The notes under the pieces were generated by a model. It worked only from the letters and a program-made list of their open reading frames with translations, ran no database searches and had not been told where the DNA came from. DNA of 64,000 nucleotides, taken from the NCBI GenBank assembly GCA_036497465.1, contig DASXJJ010000061.1:11534-75533 (forward strand), in the 5' to 3' direction. Below, one piece after another: positions 40,667 through 48,938 of the stretch; position 1 is the first letter of the stretch; each line of letters opens with the position of its first letter. The position numbers and the translations under genes were made by a program. The stretch is from Pseudonocardia sp. Its GTDB lineage: Bacteria; Actinomycetota; Actinomycetes; Mycobacteriales; Pseudonocardiaceae.

Positions 40667-41674
40667 TCAGCCCAGGAACGCGGCGATCTCGGCACGCAGC
40701 CCCGGCACGTCCAGCCGGTGCAGCGCGTCGTGCTCCGCGCGGGTGCCGTACCGCCGCTGCTCGACCCGCCGCACGCCCAGCCCGAGCACCCGGTGCCGCA
40801 GGTCGCCCAGCGCCTCGCTGACCGCCGCGGTCGACGTTCCCCGCTGGTACGGCTCGACGAGCACCACGTCCGGTGCGCCGAGCGTGGCGCGCAGGGTGGC
40901 CGCGTCGAACGGCCGGACGGTCGCCGCGTAGAGCACGGTCACGTCCATCCCCTCGGTCGCGGCCAGCACCCGGTCGGCCAGCGGACCCACCGCCACGACC
41001 GTGCCCCGGCCGGCCGCGCCGCCCCCACGCAGCACGGTCATCCGGTCGGTGCGCACGTCGGCCGCCCTGGCGTTGCCGGCCTCGTCCAGCCGGACGTACA
41101 CCCGGCCGTCCCCGGCCACCGCACGGCGCAGCAGCGCCTCCGCCTCGTCGGGGTGTCCCGGCACGTGCACGGTCCAGCCGTCCAGGGTGTCCAGCAGCGG
41201 CACGTCCCGGGAACCGAAGTGGGTCTCGCCACCCTGCGGCCAGCCGTACGAGCCGCCGGCCGACACCAGCACCGCGCCCACGCCCTGGTGCCCGAGGTCC
41301 AGCTTGACCTGCTCGAACGGGCGCTCGATCAGGAACGGCGGGAAGGAGTGCACCACCGGGCGCAGCCCGGCCAGCGCCAACCCGCCCGCGACGCCGACCA
41401 TCAACTGCTCGCGGATGCCGACGTTGACGATCCGGTCGGCCACCCGCGCGGCGGCCGCCGGGTCCAGGTAACCGGCGCCGATCTCGGCCAGCACCAGGGC
41501 CAGCCGGGGGTCCTCGGCGAGCAGCCGGGGCGCCAGGTCGTAGAAGCGGTCGCGCTGGGTGACCCCGGCGGCCGCCCCCGTCGCGGCCGCCGGGGTGTTC
41601 GTCGCCAGGGTGTCCGTCGCCGGGGTGTTCGTCGCCGGGGTGTTCGTCGCCGGGGTGTTCGTCACGGTGCTCAT
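40667..41674 (-). CDS. Transketolase-like, pyrimidine-binding/C-terminal subunit
   Basis: NVGIREQ, ERPFEQVKLD, GETH, YVRL, TVRPFD. Confidence 0.9.
   Translation of the reverse strand: MSTVTNTPATNTPATNTPATDTLATNTPAAATGAAAGVTQRDRFYDLAPRLLAEDPRLALVLAEIGAGYLDPAAAARVADRIVNVGIREQLMVGVAGGLALAGLRPVVHSFPPFLIERPFEQVKLDLGHQGVGAVLVSAGGSYGWPQGGETHFGSRDVPLLDTLDGWTVHVPGHPDEAEALLRRAVAGDGRVYVRLDEAGNARAADVRTDRMTVLRGGGAAGRGTVVAVGPLADRVLAATEGMDVTVLYAATVRPFDAATLRATLGAPDVVLVEPYQRGTSTAAVSEALGDLRHRVLGLGVRRVEQRRYGTRAEHDALHRLDVPGLRAEIAAFLG
41588..41662 (-). repeat. In-frame 15-bp tandem repeat x5 (TNTPA)
   Basis: CGCCGGGGTGTTCGT units. Confidence 0.9.
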
Positions 41675-42426
41675 CAGGCGTCCTTCCGCTCGACGTGCGC
41701 CACCACGGCGTGCGGGCGGTCGGCCCGGCCTGCGGTCAGCGCCCGGTACAGGTCCTCGTGGTCACGGCCGTCGGCGTCCACCGCCGACCAGCCCTCGGCG
41801 GCGAACCGGGACGCGATGCCGCCCGGCCAGCCCAGAGAGGCGGAGTCGTTGTCCACCACGACCGCGGTGAGCCGGTCCAGCCCGGCGCGGCCGGCGTACT
41901 GGACGGCCTCGAAGTTGCTGCCCTCGTCCAGCTCGGCGTCCCCGACCAGTGCCACCACCCTCGGCTCGCGCCGGCCGGACATCCGCAGCCCGAGCGCGGT
42001 GCCCACGGCCAGCCCGAGGCCGTGCCCGAGCGAGCCGGAGCCGATCTCCGCACCGGGCACCAGCACCCGGTCCGGGTGGTAGCCCAGCGGGGAGTCGAGG
42101 CCGCCGAACCCGGCGAGCTGGTCCTCGGTGAGGAAGCCGAGGGCGGCGAGCACGGCGTAGTAGGCCATCGGGCCGTGCCCCTTGGACAGCAGGAACCGGT
42201 CGCGGTCGGGGTCGTCCGGGCGGGCCGGGTCGACCCGCAGCACCCGGTCGTAGAGCACCCAGATCACGTCCAGCGTCGAGGTGGCGCTGGCGTCGTGCCT
42301 CTCGTCGCCGGTCATCAGGGTCATCAGCTGCCGCAGGTCGGCGTACGGGCGCCGAGGGCCGGTCCCGGCCGCCGCCGCGGAGCCCTCGGTTCGGGTCCGC
42401 GGCCCGGTCGTCGGTGTCGTCGTCAT
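41674..42426 (-). CDS. Transketolase-like, TPP-binding N-terminal subunit
   Basis: DRFLLSKGH, GSLGHGL, GDAELDEGSN.E..DND. Confidence 0.92.
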   Translation of the reverse strand: MTTTPTTGPRTRTEGSAAAAGTGPRRPYADLRQLMTLMTGDERHDASATSTLDVIWVLYDRVLRVDPARPDDPDRDRFLLSKGHGPMAYYAVLAALGFLTEDQLAGFGGLDSPLGYHPDRVLVPGAEIGSGSLGHGLGLAVGTALGLRMSGRREPRVVALVGDAELDEGSNFEAVQYAGRAGLDRLTAVVVDNDSASLGWPGGIASRFAAEGWSAVDADGRDHEDLYRALTAGRADRPHAVVAHVERKDA

Positions 42427-42432
42427 GCACCA

Positions 42433-42463
42433 AGGGTGCAACCTCAATGATTGTTGAGGTCAA
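42433..42463 (-). promoter_or_regulatory. SoxR/MerR-type operator-promoter
   Basis: TTGACC-N19-CACCCT with palindrome ACCTCAA-N6-TTGAGGT (42441-42460); ATG 6 nt after -10. Confidence 0.82.
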
Positions 42464-42472
42464 GGAACCGGG

Positions 42473-43828
42473 TCAGCCGATCGGCGCGCGCTCCGCGCGG
42501 TGGGCCGGGAGCAGGTGGTCGCGCAGGGTCCGACCGGTGTACTCGGTGCGGTAGCAGCCCCGGTCGCGCAGCTCGGGCACGACCCGGTCGACGAACTCGT
42601 CCAGTCCACCCGGGGTCAGGTGCGGGACCAGGATGAACCCGTCGCTCGCGTCCGCCTGCACGTACTCGTCGATCTGCTCGGCGACCCCGGCCGGCGTGCC
42701 GATGAACGACTGGCGCGCGGTGGTCTCGACGATCAGCTCGCGGATGGTCAGGTTGCGGGCCTCGGCCAGCTCCCGCCACTGCCGGGCCAGCGCCCCCGGG
42801 TCCTTCTCGTGCCGCACCCGCCCCCGGGTGATCGAGACGTTGGAGGGGTCGGGGTCGACGTCCGGCAGCGGCCCGTCCGGGTCGTACGCGGTCAGGTCGC
42901 GGCCCCAGACCTGCTCCAGGAACGCGATCGCGGTAGGGCCGTCGACCTGCTGGCGGCGCACGTGCTCGCCGCGCTCCTCGGCGTCGGCGGCGGTGTCGCC
43001 GACCACGAACGTCGCCGCCGGCAGGATCTTCAGCTCGTCCCGGTGCCGCCCGTACCGGGACATCCGGCCCTTGAGGTCGGCGTAGAACTCCTGGCCGGCC
43101 GCCAGCGACCCGTGCCGGGAGAAGATCGCGTCGGCGGTGGCCGCGCCGAACTCCCGGCCCGCATCGGAGTCGCCGGACTGCAGCAGCACCGGGTGGCCCT
43201 GCGGGCAGCGCGGGGTGCCGAACCGGCCGTGCACGGAGAACTGCTCGCCGTCGTGGTCCACCCGCCGGATCGAGTCGTCGGCGACGAACACGCCGGCCCG
43301 CGCGTCGGCGCGCACCGCATCGGGCGCCCAGCTGTCCCAGAGTGCCTTCGCCACCCGCAGGATCTCCCCGGCCCGGTCGTAGCGCTGCTCGGGTCGCAGG
43401 AAGCCGCCGCGCCGGAAGTTCTCCCCGGTGAACGCGTCCGAGCTGGTCACCAGGTTCCACGCGGACCGCCCGCCGGAGAGGTGGTCCAGGCTGGCGAACT
43501 GCCTGGCGATCTCGTACGGCTCGTTGAAGGTGGTGTTGATCGTGCCGCCGAGGCCGAGGTGGGTGGTCACCGCGGCGAGCGCGTTGAGGACCGTGAACGT
43601 GTCCGGGCGGCCCACCACGTCCAGGTCGTGGATCCGGCCGCGGTGCTCGCGCAGCCGCAGGCCCTCGGCCAGGAACAGGAAGTCGAACGTGCCGCGCTCG
43701 GCGGTCCTGGCGAAGTGCACGAACGAGGCGAAGTCGGTCTGGCTGCCGGCGGCCGGGTCGCTCCACACCGTGGTGTTGTTGACACCCGGGAAGTGCGCGG
43801 CCAGGTGCACCTGCTTCTTCGCGGTCAC
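42473..43828 (-). CDS. NtaA/DmoA-family FMNH2-dependent monooxygenase
   Basis: AERG.FD.LFLAEG, ARQFASLDHLSGGR.AWNLVTS, PQGHPV..QSG.S. Confidence 0.93.
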   Translation of the reverse strand: MTAKKQVHLAAHFPGVNNTTVWSDPAAGSQTDFASFVHFARTAERGTFDFLFLAEGLRLREHRGRIHDLDVVGRPDTFTVLNALAAVTTHLGLGGTINTTFNEPYEIARQFASLDHLSGGRSAWNLVTSSDAFTGENFRRGGFLRPEQRYDRAGEILRVAKALWDSWAPDAVRADARAGVFVADDSIRRVDHDGEQFSVHGRFGTPRCPQGHPVLLQSGDSDAGREFGAATADAIFSRHGSLAAGQEFYADLKGRMSRYGRHRDELKILPAATFVVGDTAADAEERGEHVRRQQVDGPTAIAFLEQVWGRDLTAYDPDGPLPDVDPDPSNVSITRGRVRHEKDPGALARQWRELAEARNLTIRELIVETTARQSFIGTPAGVAEQIDEYVQADASDGFILVPHLTPGGLDEFVDRVVPELRDRGCYRTEYTGRTLRDHLLPAHRAERAPIG

Positions 43829-44976
43829 CGGGTGGCCCCCGTCGGCGGGGCGAAGTGGTTGGCCGGGCGGGGCAGCCCGAACCGGTCGCGCAGCGTCCCC
43901 GCCGGGGTGATGGCCGGCCGCAGCCCGCGCTCCACCAGCAGCGGCACCACGCCGTCGGCCACCGCGCGCAGCCCGTCCGGGAGGGTCAGCGGCTGCACGG
44001 TCACCCCGTCGGCGGCGCCACCGGCCACCACCTCGGCGACCAGGTCGGCCAGCGCGTCCGGCGTGCCCACCGAGCGCACGCCGCCGGGGTCCGGGTCGGG
44101 GGTCCAGGAGTCCAGCCGCTCGAGGGTGGCCGCCGCCTCCGCCGCGGTGGGCGCCAGCAGGGTCGGCACGTCGAGCAGCACGGCCACGACGTCGGGGTCC
44201 CGCCCGGCCGCGGCCACCGCGTCCCGCACCCGGCGGCGGGCGGCCTCGGCGGCGGGCAGGTCGGCCGCGCGCACCCTGGCCACGTCGGCCCACCGCCCGA
44301 CCAGCGGCAACGCCTCGGGTTCGTCGGCGCGCAGCACCACCGGCGGGTGCGCCTGCGGCGAGCGCGGGGTGATCGACGGACCCTTCACGGAGAAGAACTC
44401 GCCGGCGAAGTCGACATAGTGCAGCTTGTCCCGGTCGACGTAGCGGCCGGTGGCCACGTCGCGGATCACCGCGTCGTCCTCCCAGCTGTCCCACAGCCGG
44501 ACCACCACCTCGACCGCATCCGCCGCCTCCCGCCACAGCTCGCCGGCCGGGGCGGCGGGCTTGCGGCCGAACAGCGCCGCCTCCGCCTCGGTGCGGGACA
44601 CCTCGGGCTGCCACCCGGCGCGCCCCAGCGAGACGAAATCCAGCGTGGCGATGGCCTTGGACAGGTGGAACGGCTCGGTGTGCGTCGTCGTGGCCACCGG
44701 GACCAGGCCGACCGTGGTCGTCAGCGGCGCGACCCTGGCCGCCACCGCCACCGCGTCCAGCCGGCCGCGCACCAGCTCGGGGTGGCCCTCCGGCGGCGGG
44801 GCGAACGAGTCGTCGATCACCAGGAGGTCCAGGCCGGCGGTCTCCGCCAGCCCGGCCAGCCCGATCCAGTGGCCGGCGCCGAACAGGCCCGCCGGGTCGG
44901 CGCCGGGCAGCCGCCACGCCGCCGGGTGCCGCCCGCAGCCGGCGACCTCGCCCGCCAGGTACACCGGCCGGCTCAT
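43825..44976 (-). CDS. LLM-class flavin-dependent oxidoreductase
   Basis: HPAAWR, HTEPFH.SKAIATLD..S.GRAGW, VKGPSITPRSPQ. Confidence 0.92.
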   Translation of the reverse strand: MSRPVYLAGEVAGCGRHPAAWRLPGADPAGLFGAGHWIGLAGLAETAGLDLLVIDDSFAPPPEGHPELVRGRLDAVAVAARVAPLTTTVGLVPVATTTHTEPFHLSKAIATLDFVSLGRAGWQPEVSRTEAEAALFGRKPAAPAGELWREAADAVEVVVRLWDSWEDDAVIRDVATGRYVDRDKLHYVDFAGEFFSVKGPSITPRSPQAHPPVVLRADEPEALPLVGRWADVARVRAADLPAAEAARRRVRDAVAAAGRDPDVVAVLLDVPTLLAPTAAEAAATLERLDSWTPDPDPGGVRSVGTPDALADLVAEVVAGGAADGVTVQPLTLPDGLRAVADGVVPLLVERGLRPAITPAGTLRDRFGLPRPANHFAPPTGATR

Positions 44977-46094
44977 CCGCCGGTCCACTGCTTGGCCAGC
45001 AGCTCGTGGCTGCGCACCCGGTCGGCGTGCTCGGTGGTCACGCTGGTGATCAGCACCTCGTCCGCGCCGGTGACCGCGGCCAGGGTGTGCAGCCGCTCGG
45101 CGACGGCCGCCGGGGAGCCGACGAACTGCGTGGCCATCCGGTCGGCCACGCCCGCCCGCTCGACGTCGGTCCAGGTGCGCGCCCTGGCCTCGGCCGGTGT
45201 CACGTACGGTTGCGCGCCCCGACCGGCCTTGATGTCCAGCACCCACTGCGCGTACGGCTCGGCCAGCTCGCGCGCGGTCGCGTCGTCGTCGGCCACCACC
45301 ACGTCGGCGGAGACCATCACCCGCGGCCGGGAACCCCACCGGGACGGCCGGAACGCCTCCCGGTAGGCCTCGATCGACTCGAGCACGAAGCTGGGCTGGA
45401 TGTGGTAGCTGGCCGCGAACGGCAGCCCGGCCGCCCCGGCCGCCTTCGCGCTCTCCCCCGGGCTGGAGCCGAGCACCCACACCTCCAGGTCGGCGCCCTC
45501 GGCGGGCTGGGCGGCCAGCGGCTGCCCGTCCGGCCCCGGGTAGCTCCCCTCGAGCAGCGCGAGGATGTCGCCGACCTGCTCGGCATAGTCCGGCGCCGGC
45601 TCGTCGATCCGGTAGTCCAGCAGCCGGCCGAGTACCTCGTAGGTGGCAGAGTCGCCCGGATAGGTGCTGGGCCGGGGCAGCACCAGCCCGTCGACCTCCC
45701 GGTCCGGCACGTCCGGCGGGCCGCCGCCCGAGCGCCGCCGCAGGATCTTGCGGAGGTCGAACCGGCCCAGCCCGAGGTCGACCCGGCCGGGGTGCACCGC
45801 GGCGATCGTGCCGAACTGCTCGGCCACCAGCAACGGCGGCGTGTTCGGCAGCTGCACCGCGCCGGAGCCGACCCGGATCCGGTTGGTCGCCCCGGCGAGC
45901 AGCCCGACCAGCACGCCCGGCGAGGCGGACGCGACGCCGGGCGCCAGGTGGTGCTCGGCCACCCAGTAGCGGTGGTAGCCGCTGCGCTCGGCCGCCTGGG
46001 ACAGGTCGATCGTGTTGCGGAGCGCGTCGGCGGCGGAGCCACCGGCCGGTACCGGCGACAGGTCCAGCACGGACAGCGGGAGCGGGTGGGTCAT
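44973..46094 (-). CDS. LLM-class (luciferase-like) oxidoreductase
   Basis: LSVLDL, RYWVAEHH, IRVGSG, GRVDLGLGR, WVLGSS. Confidence 0.93.
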   Translation of the reverse strand: MTHPLPLSVLDLSPVPAGGSAADALRNTIDLSQAAERSGYHRYWVAEHHLAPGVASASPGVLVGLLAGATNRIRVGSGAVQLPNTPPLLVAEQFGTIAAVHPGRVDLGLGRFDLRKILRRRSGGGPPDVPDREVDGLVLPRPSTYPGDSATYEVLGRLLDYRIDEPAPDYAEQVGDILALLEGSYPGPDGQPLAAQPAEGADLEVWVLGSSPGESAKAAGAAGLPFAASYHIQPSFVLESIEAYREAFRPSRWGSRPRVMVSADVVVADDDATARELAEPYAQWVLDIKAGRGAQPYVTPAEARARTWTDVERAGVADRMATQFVGSPAAVAERLHTLAAVTGADEVLITSVTTEHADRVRSHELLAKQWTGG

Positions 46095-46224
46095 CGGGAT
46101 CCTCCGACGTACCTCGAGCGACGACAAACTGGTCCGTACCCCGGAGCGCGCCGGGCACACCCGTACGCGGTGGAGGACCGTGCGTCGTCGCGCGGCCGAC
46201 CTGGCGAGCCGAGCCCGCTCCGGG

Positions 46225-46338
46225 TCAGGCCGAACAGATCGCGGTGGCGGTGCGGCAGTAGTCCACGTGCCGCCGGGAAGCCAGCCGGACGGTGGGCAGC
46301 GCGGAGACGCCCGACCCGGTCCGGCACCCGACGCGCAC
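46225..46338 (-). CDS. Putative Cys-containing leader (attenuator) peptide, 37 aa
   Basis: GGAGG-N5-GTG; MRVGC...LASRRHVDYCRTATAICSA; 130 nt upstream of monooxygenase operon. Confidence 0.75.
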   Translation of the reverse strand: MRVGCRTGSGVSALPTVRLASRRHVDYCRTATAICSA

Positions 46339-46367
46339 GTCCACCTCCGCCGCTGCTTGGACCTTCG

Positions 46368-46398
46368 ACTGTAGGCGGCCCGGCCCTTGCGCTGTCAA
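46368..46398 (-). promoter_or_regulatory. Housekeeping-sigma-like promoter for leader/monooxygenase operon
   Basis: TTGACA-N19-TACAGT on minus strand (spacer slightly long). Confidence 0.5.
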
Positions 46399-46458
46399 GG
46401 TCCGGCCCGGGTTCGGCGACGCCGGGCCGGCCGGGCGTCGCGGTGCCACGATGGGGAC

Positions 46459-47136
46459 ATGACAGATCAACGGTGGGCGGCGGTGGACGAGTACTTCGGC
46501 GCGCGGATGCTGGCCGACGATCCGGTGCTGGACGCCGCGCTGGTGACCAGCGACGCCGCCGGGCTGCCCTCGATCGCGGTGACCCCGGCGCAGGGAGCGC
46601 TGCTGAACCTGCTGGCCCGCTCGATCGGTGCGCGGCGGATCCTGGAGATCGGCACCCTGGGCGGTTACAGCACGATCTTCCTCGGCCGGGCGCTGCCCGC
46701 CGACGGCCGGCTGGTCTCCCTGGAGGCCGAGCCCGCGCACGCCGAGGTGGCGGTGGCCAACATCGACGCCGCCGGGCTGGGCGACCGCGTCGAGGTGCGG
46801 ATCGGGCCTGCGCTGGACACCCTGCCCCGGCTCGCCGAGGAGTCGGCCGGCCCGTTCGACCTGGTGTTCATCGACGCCGACAAGGAGCACAACGCCGACT
46901 ACCTGACCTGGGCGGTGCGGCTGTCCCGGCCGGGAACGATGATCATCATCGACAACGTCGTGCGGGACGGCCGGGTGCTCGACCCGCACGACCCCGACTC
47001 GCGGGTCCAGGGCACCAGGGCGTTCGCCGACCTGGTCGCCGAGCTGGCACTGGAGCAGCGCCGGATCAGCGCCACCACCGTGCAGACGGTCGGCGCCAAG
47101 GGCTGGGACGGCTTCACCCTCGCGCTGGTCGAGTAG
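46459..47136 (+). CDS. O-methyltransferase (caffeoyl-CoA OMT-like)
   Basis: ILEIGTLGGYS, FDLVFIDADK, DNVVR.G. Confidence 0.93.
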   Translation: MTDQRWAAVDEYFGARMLADDPVLDAALVTSDAAGLPSIAVTPAQGALLNLLARSIGARRILEIGTLGGYSTIFLGRALPADGRLVSLEAEPAHAEVAVANIDAAGLGDRVEVRIGPALDTLPRLAEESAGPFDLVFIDADKEHNADYLTWAVRLSRPGTMIIIDNVVRDGRVLDPHDPDSRVQGTRAFADLVAELALEQRRISATTVQTVGAKGWDGFTLALVE

Positions 47137-47184
47137 CCGGCCCGGTCCTCGAGCAGCCGGACCGGCGGGACCCGGCGCGAGCCG

Positions 47185-48012
47185 TCAGCCGGCCGTCAGC
47201 AGCTGGCGCATGCGGTCGATCTCGGCGCGCTCGACGTCGGTGATCCGGCCGGCCAGCGCGATCGCCCCGGCGTTGCGGCCGTCCCGCGTCTCGGTGTCGG
47301 CCAACCGCAGCGCCCCCTGGTGATGCTCGATCATCAGGTTCAGGAACTGCTGGTCGAACGGCGGCCCGGAGAGCCGGCCGAGGCCGCTCAGCTGCGCGTC
47401 GGTCATCATCCCGGGCGTCGAGGGGCGGCCGCCGTTCTGCATGCCGTCGCTCTCCGTGCCGGCCGCGGCGCCCTGGTCCGGGCCGCCCATGCCGTCCGGG
47501 CCGCCCATGCCGTCCGCGCCGCCCATGCCGTCCGCGCCGGGCATCCCGCCCGGGGCCATGCCGTCGTGGCCCATGCCGGTCATCGCGCCGGTGCCCATGC
47601 CGTCGTGGCCGGCGCCTGCTGCCGTGGGGGCCTCGACCGGCGCGCCCCAGGAGCGGAGCAGGCCGGTCAACTGGTCGATCTCCGGCTGCTGGGCCGAGCG
47701 GATGCCGGCCGCCAGCTGACGGACCGGGTCCGAGCCGGCGCGGGTCGCCGCCAGGTCGGCCATCGCGAGCGCCTGCCGGTGGTGCGGGAGCATCGTCCGC
47801 GCGAACGTCACGTCTGCCGCGACGTGGTCGGCGGCGGGAGCGGCCGAGGAGGCCGGCCGCTGCCCGGGCTGATCACCCTCGCCCCGCTGGTCACCGCCGG
47901 CGCAGCCGGCCGCCGAGGTGGCGGTCAGCGCGGCGAGGGCGAGCGCCACCGCCGTCCGTCGCCCTGGGTACGCGTGCCACCGCGCCGGTACCGTCCACCG
48001 CCCGGTCATCAC
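47185..48012 (-). CDS. DUF305 (CopM-like) lipoprotein with Met/Gly-rich linker
   Basis: AAGC lipobox, D..FA..M.PHH.QA, FL..MIEHH.GA; start uncertain. Confidence 0.88.
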   Translation of the reverse strand: MMTGRWTVPARWHAYPGRRTAVALALAALTATSAAGCAGGDQRGEGDQPGQRPASSAAPAADHVAADVTFARTMLPHHRQALAMADLAATRAGSDPVRQLAAGIRSAQQPEIDQLTGLLRSWGAPVEAPTAAGAGHDGMGTGAMTGMGHDGMAPGGMPGADGMGGADGMGGPDGMGGPDQGAAAGTESDGMQNGGRPSTPGMMTDAQLSGLGRLSGPPFDQQFLNLMIEHHQGALRLADTETRDGRNAGAIALAGRITDVERAEIDRMRQLLTAG

Positions 48013-48110
48013 ACCACCGTAGCCGCGGACCGGGGCGGGGCGGCGGCACCCGCGGTCCCGGCACGGTCACCCCCTCGGCCGGGGCGGGAACGCCTCCGCC
48101 GGCGCCGGGC

Positions 48111-48845
48111 TCACCGCTCGCCGACCACCATCCGGAAGGTGTTCCACAGCCGGTACCCGCCGTCCGCCAGCCGATGCGACGCCAGCCCGTCGAGCACCGC
48201 GCGCCGCACCGGCCGGCGCCCGGCCAGCGCGATCGCCCTGCGGCCGATGTCCGCCGCGTACAGCGTGGTCAGCAGCTCCGTCTCCCCCGGGTAGTCGAAC
48301 GCGCAGCGCACCTCGGCGTCCCCGGTGACGGTCAGGCCGGCGAGTGTCGTCAGCCGGGCCAGCCGGCCCTCGGCGTGCAGCGGGGGCGGCCCGGACGTCC
48401 GGCCGCGGTCGACCCGCCACGGCGGCGGCCCCAGCACCGGGGCCAGCGCGTCGCCGAACGCACCGACCGCGCAGGTCTCCGGCGGACCCCACACGGTGAC
48501 CGCCACCCGCCCGCCGGGCGCCGCCACCCGGTGCAGCTCGCGGAGCGCGGCCAGCGGGTTCGGCAGGTGCATGAGCACCTGGACGCAGCTGGTCGCGGAG
48601 GCCTCGCCGGGTGGCAACGGCAGCTCGTGCAGGTCGGCGCGCAGGAACCGGCCGCCCGGCACGGCGTCGCCCGCTCGCGCGAGGACGGCCGGGTCGGTGT
48701 CGATGCCGGTGACCCGCGCGCCGCGGCCGGCGGCCAGGCGGCACAGCTGCCCGCCGCCGCACCCCACGTCGACCAGCGACCCGCCGGCCGCCACCCGCAG
48801 CTCGTCGAGCACCCGAAGGTAGAGCTCCCGGCCCCAGTCGCGCAC
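48111..48845 (-). CDS. Class I SAM-dependent methyltransferase
   Basis: VDVGCGGG, VTGID, LRELHRV..PGG. Confidence 0.85.
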   Translation of the reverse strand: MRDWGRELYLRVLDELRVAAGGSLVDVGCGGGQLCRLAAGRGARVTGIDTDPAVLARAGDAVPGGRFLRADLHELPLPPGEASATSCVQVLMHLPNPLAALRELHRVAAPGGRVAVTVWGPPETCAVGAFGDALAPVLGPPPWRVDRGRTSGPPPLHAEGRLARLTTLAGLTVTGDAEVRCAFDYPGETELLTTLYAADIGRRAIALAGRRPVRRAVLDGLASHRLADGGYRLWNTFRMVVGER

Positions 48846-48938
48846 CCGGCGATGCTAGAGCGCCCGCGCGCCGTCCGCCGCCGGCCGGGTGGACCGGCCG
48901 CGCGCGGAGGCCGCGTCGGGGCCGGGCTGGGCCCGCCG

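Noticed and set aside
42473..44917. Apparent long fusion ORFs (42473-44917, 43825-46158, 18718-21594, 405-2291)
   Set aside because: Upstream parts are off-frame reads of neighbouring genes; real starts lie at 4-bp overlaps or after an RBS
46225..46338. RiPP precursor interpretation of the Cys peptide
   Set aside because: No RiPP maturases nearby; position and motif fit an attenuator
46095..46340. SAM-IV riboswitch upstream of the monooxygenases
   Set aside because: No recognisable core; the leader-peptide ORF explains the region better
40667..48845. Secondary-metabolite biosynthetic cluster
   Set aside because: No PKS, NRPS, RiPP or terpene core; the genes have separate regulatory signals
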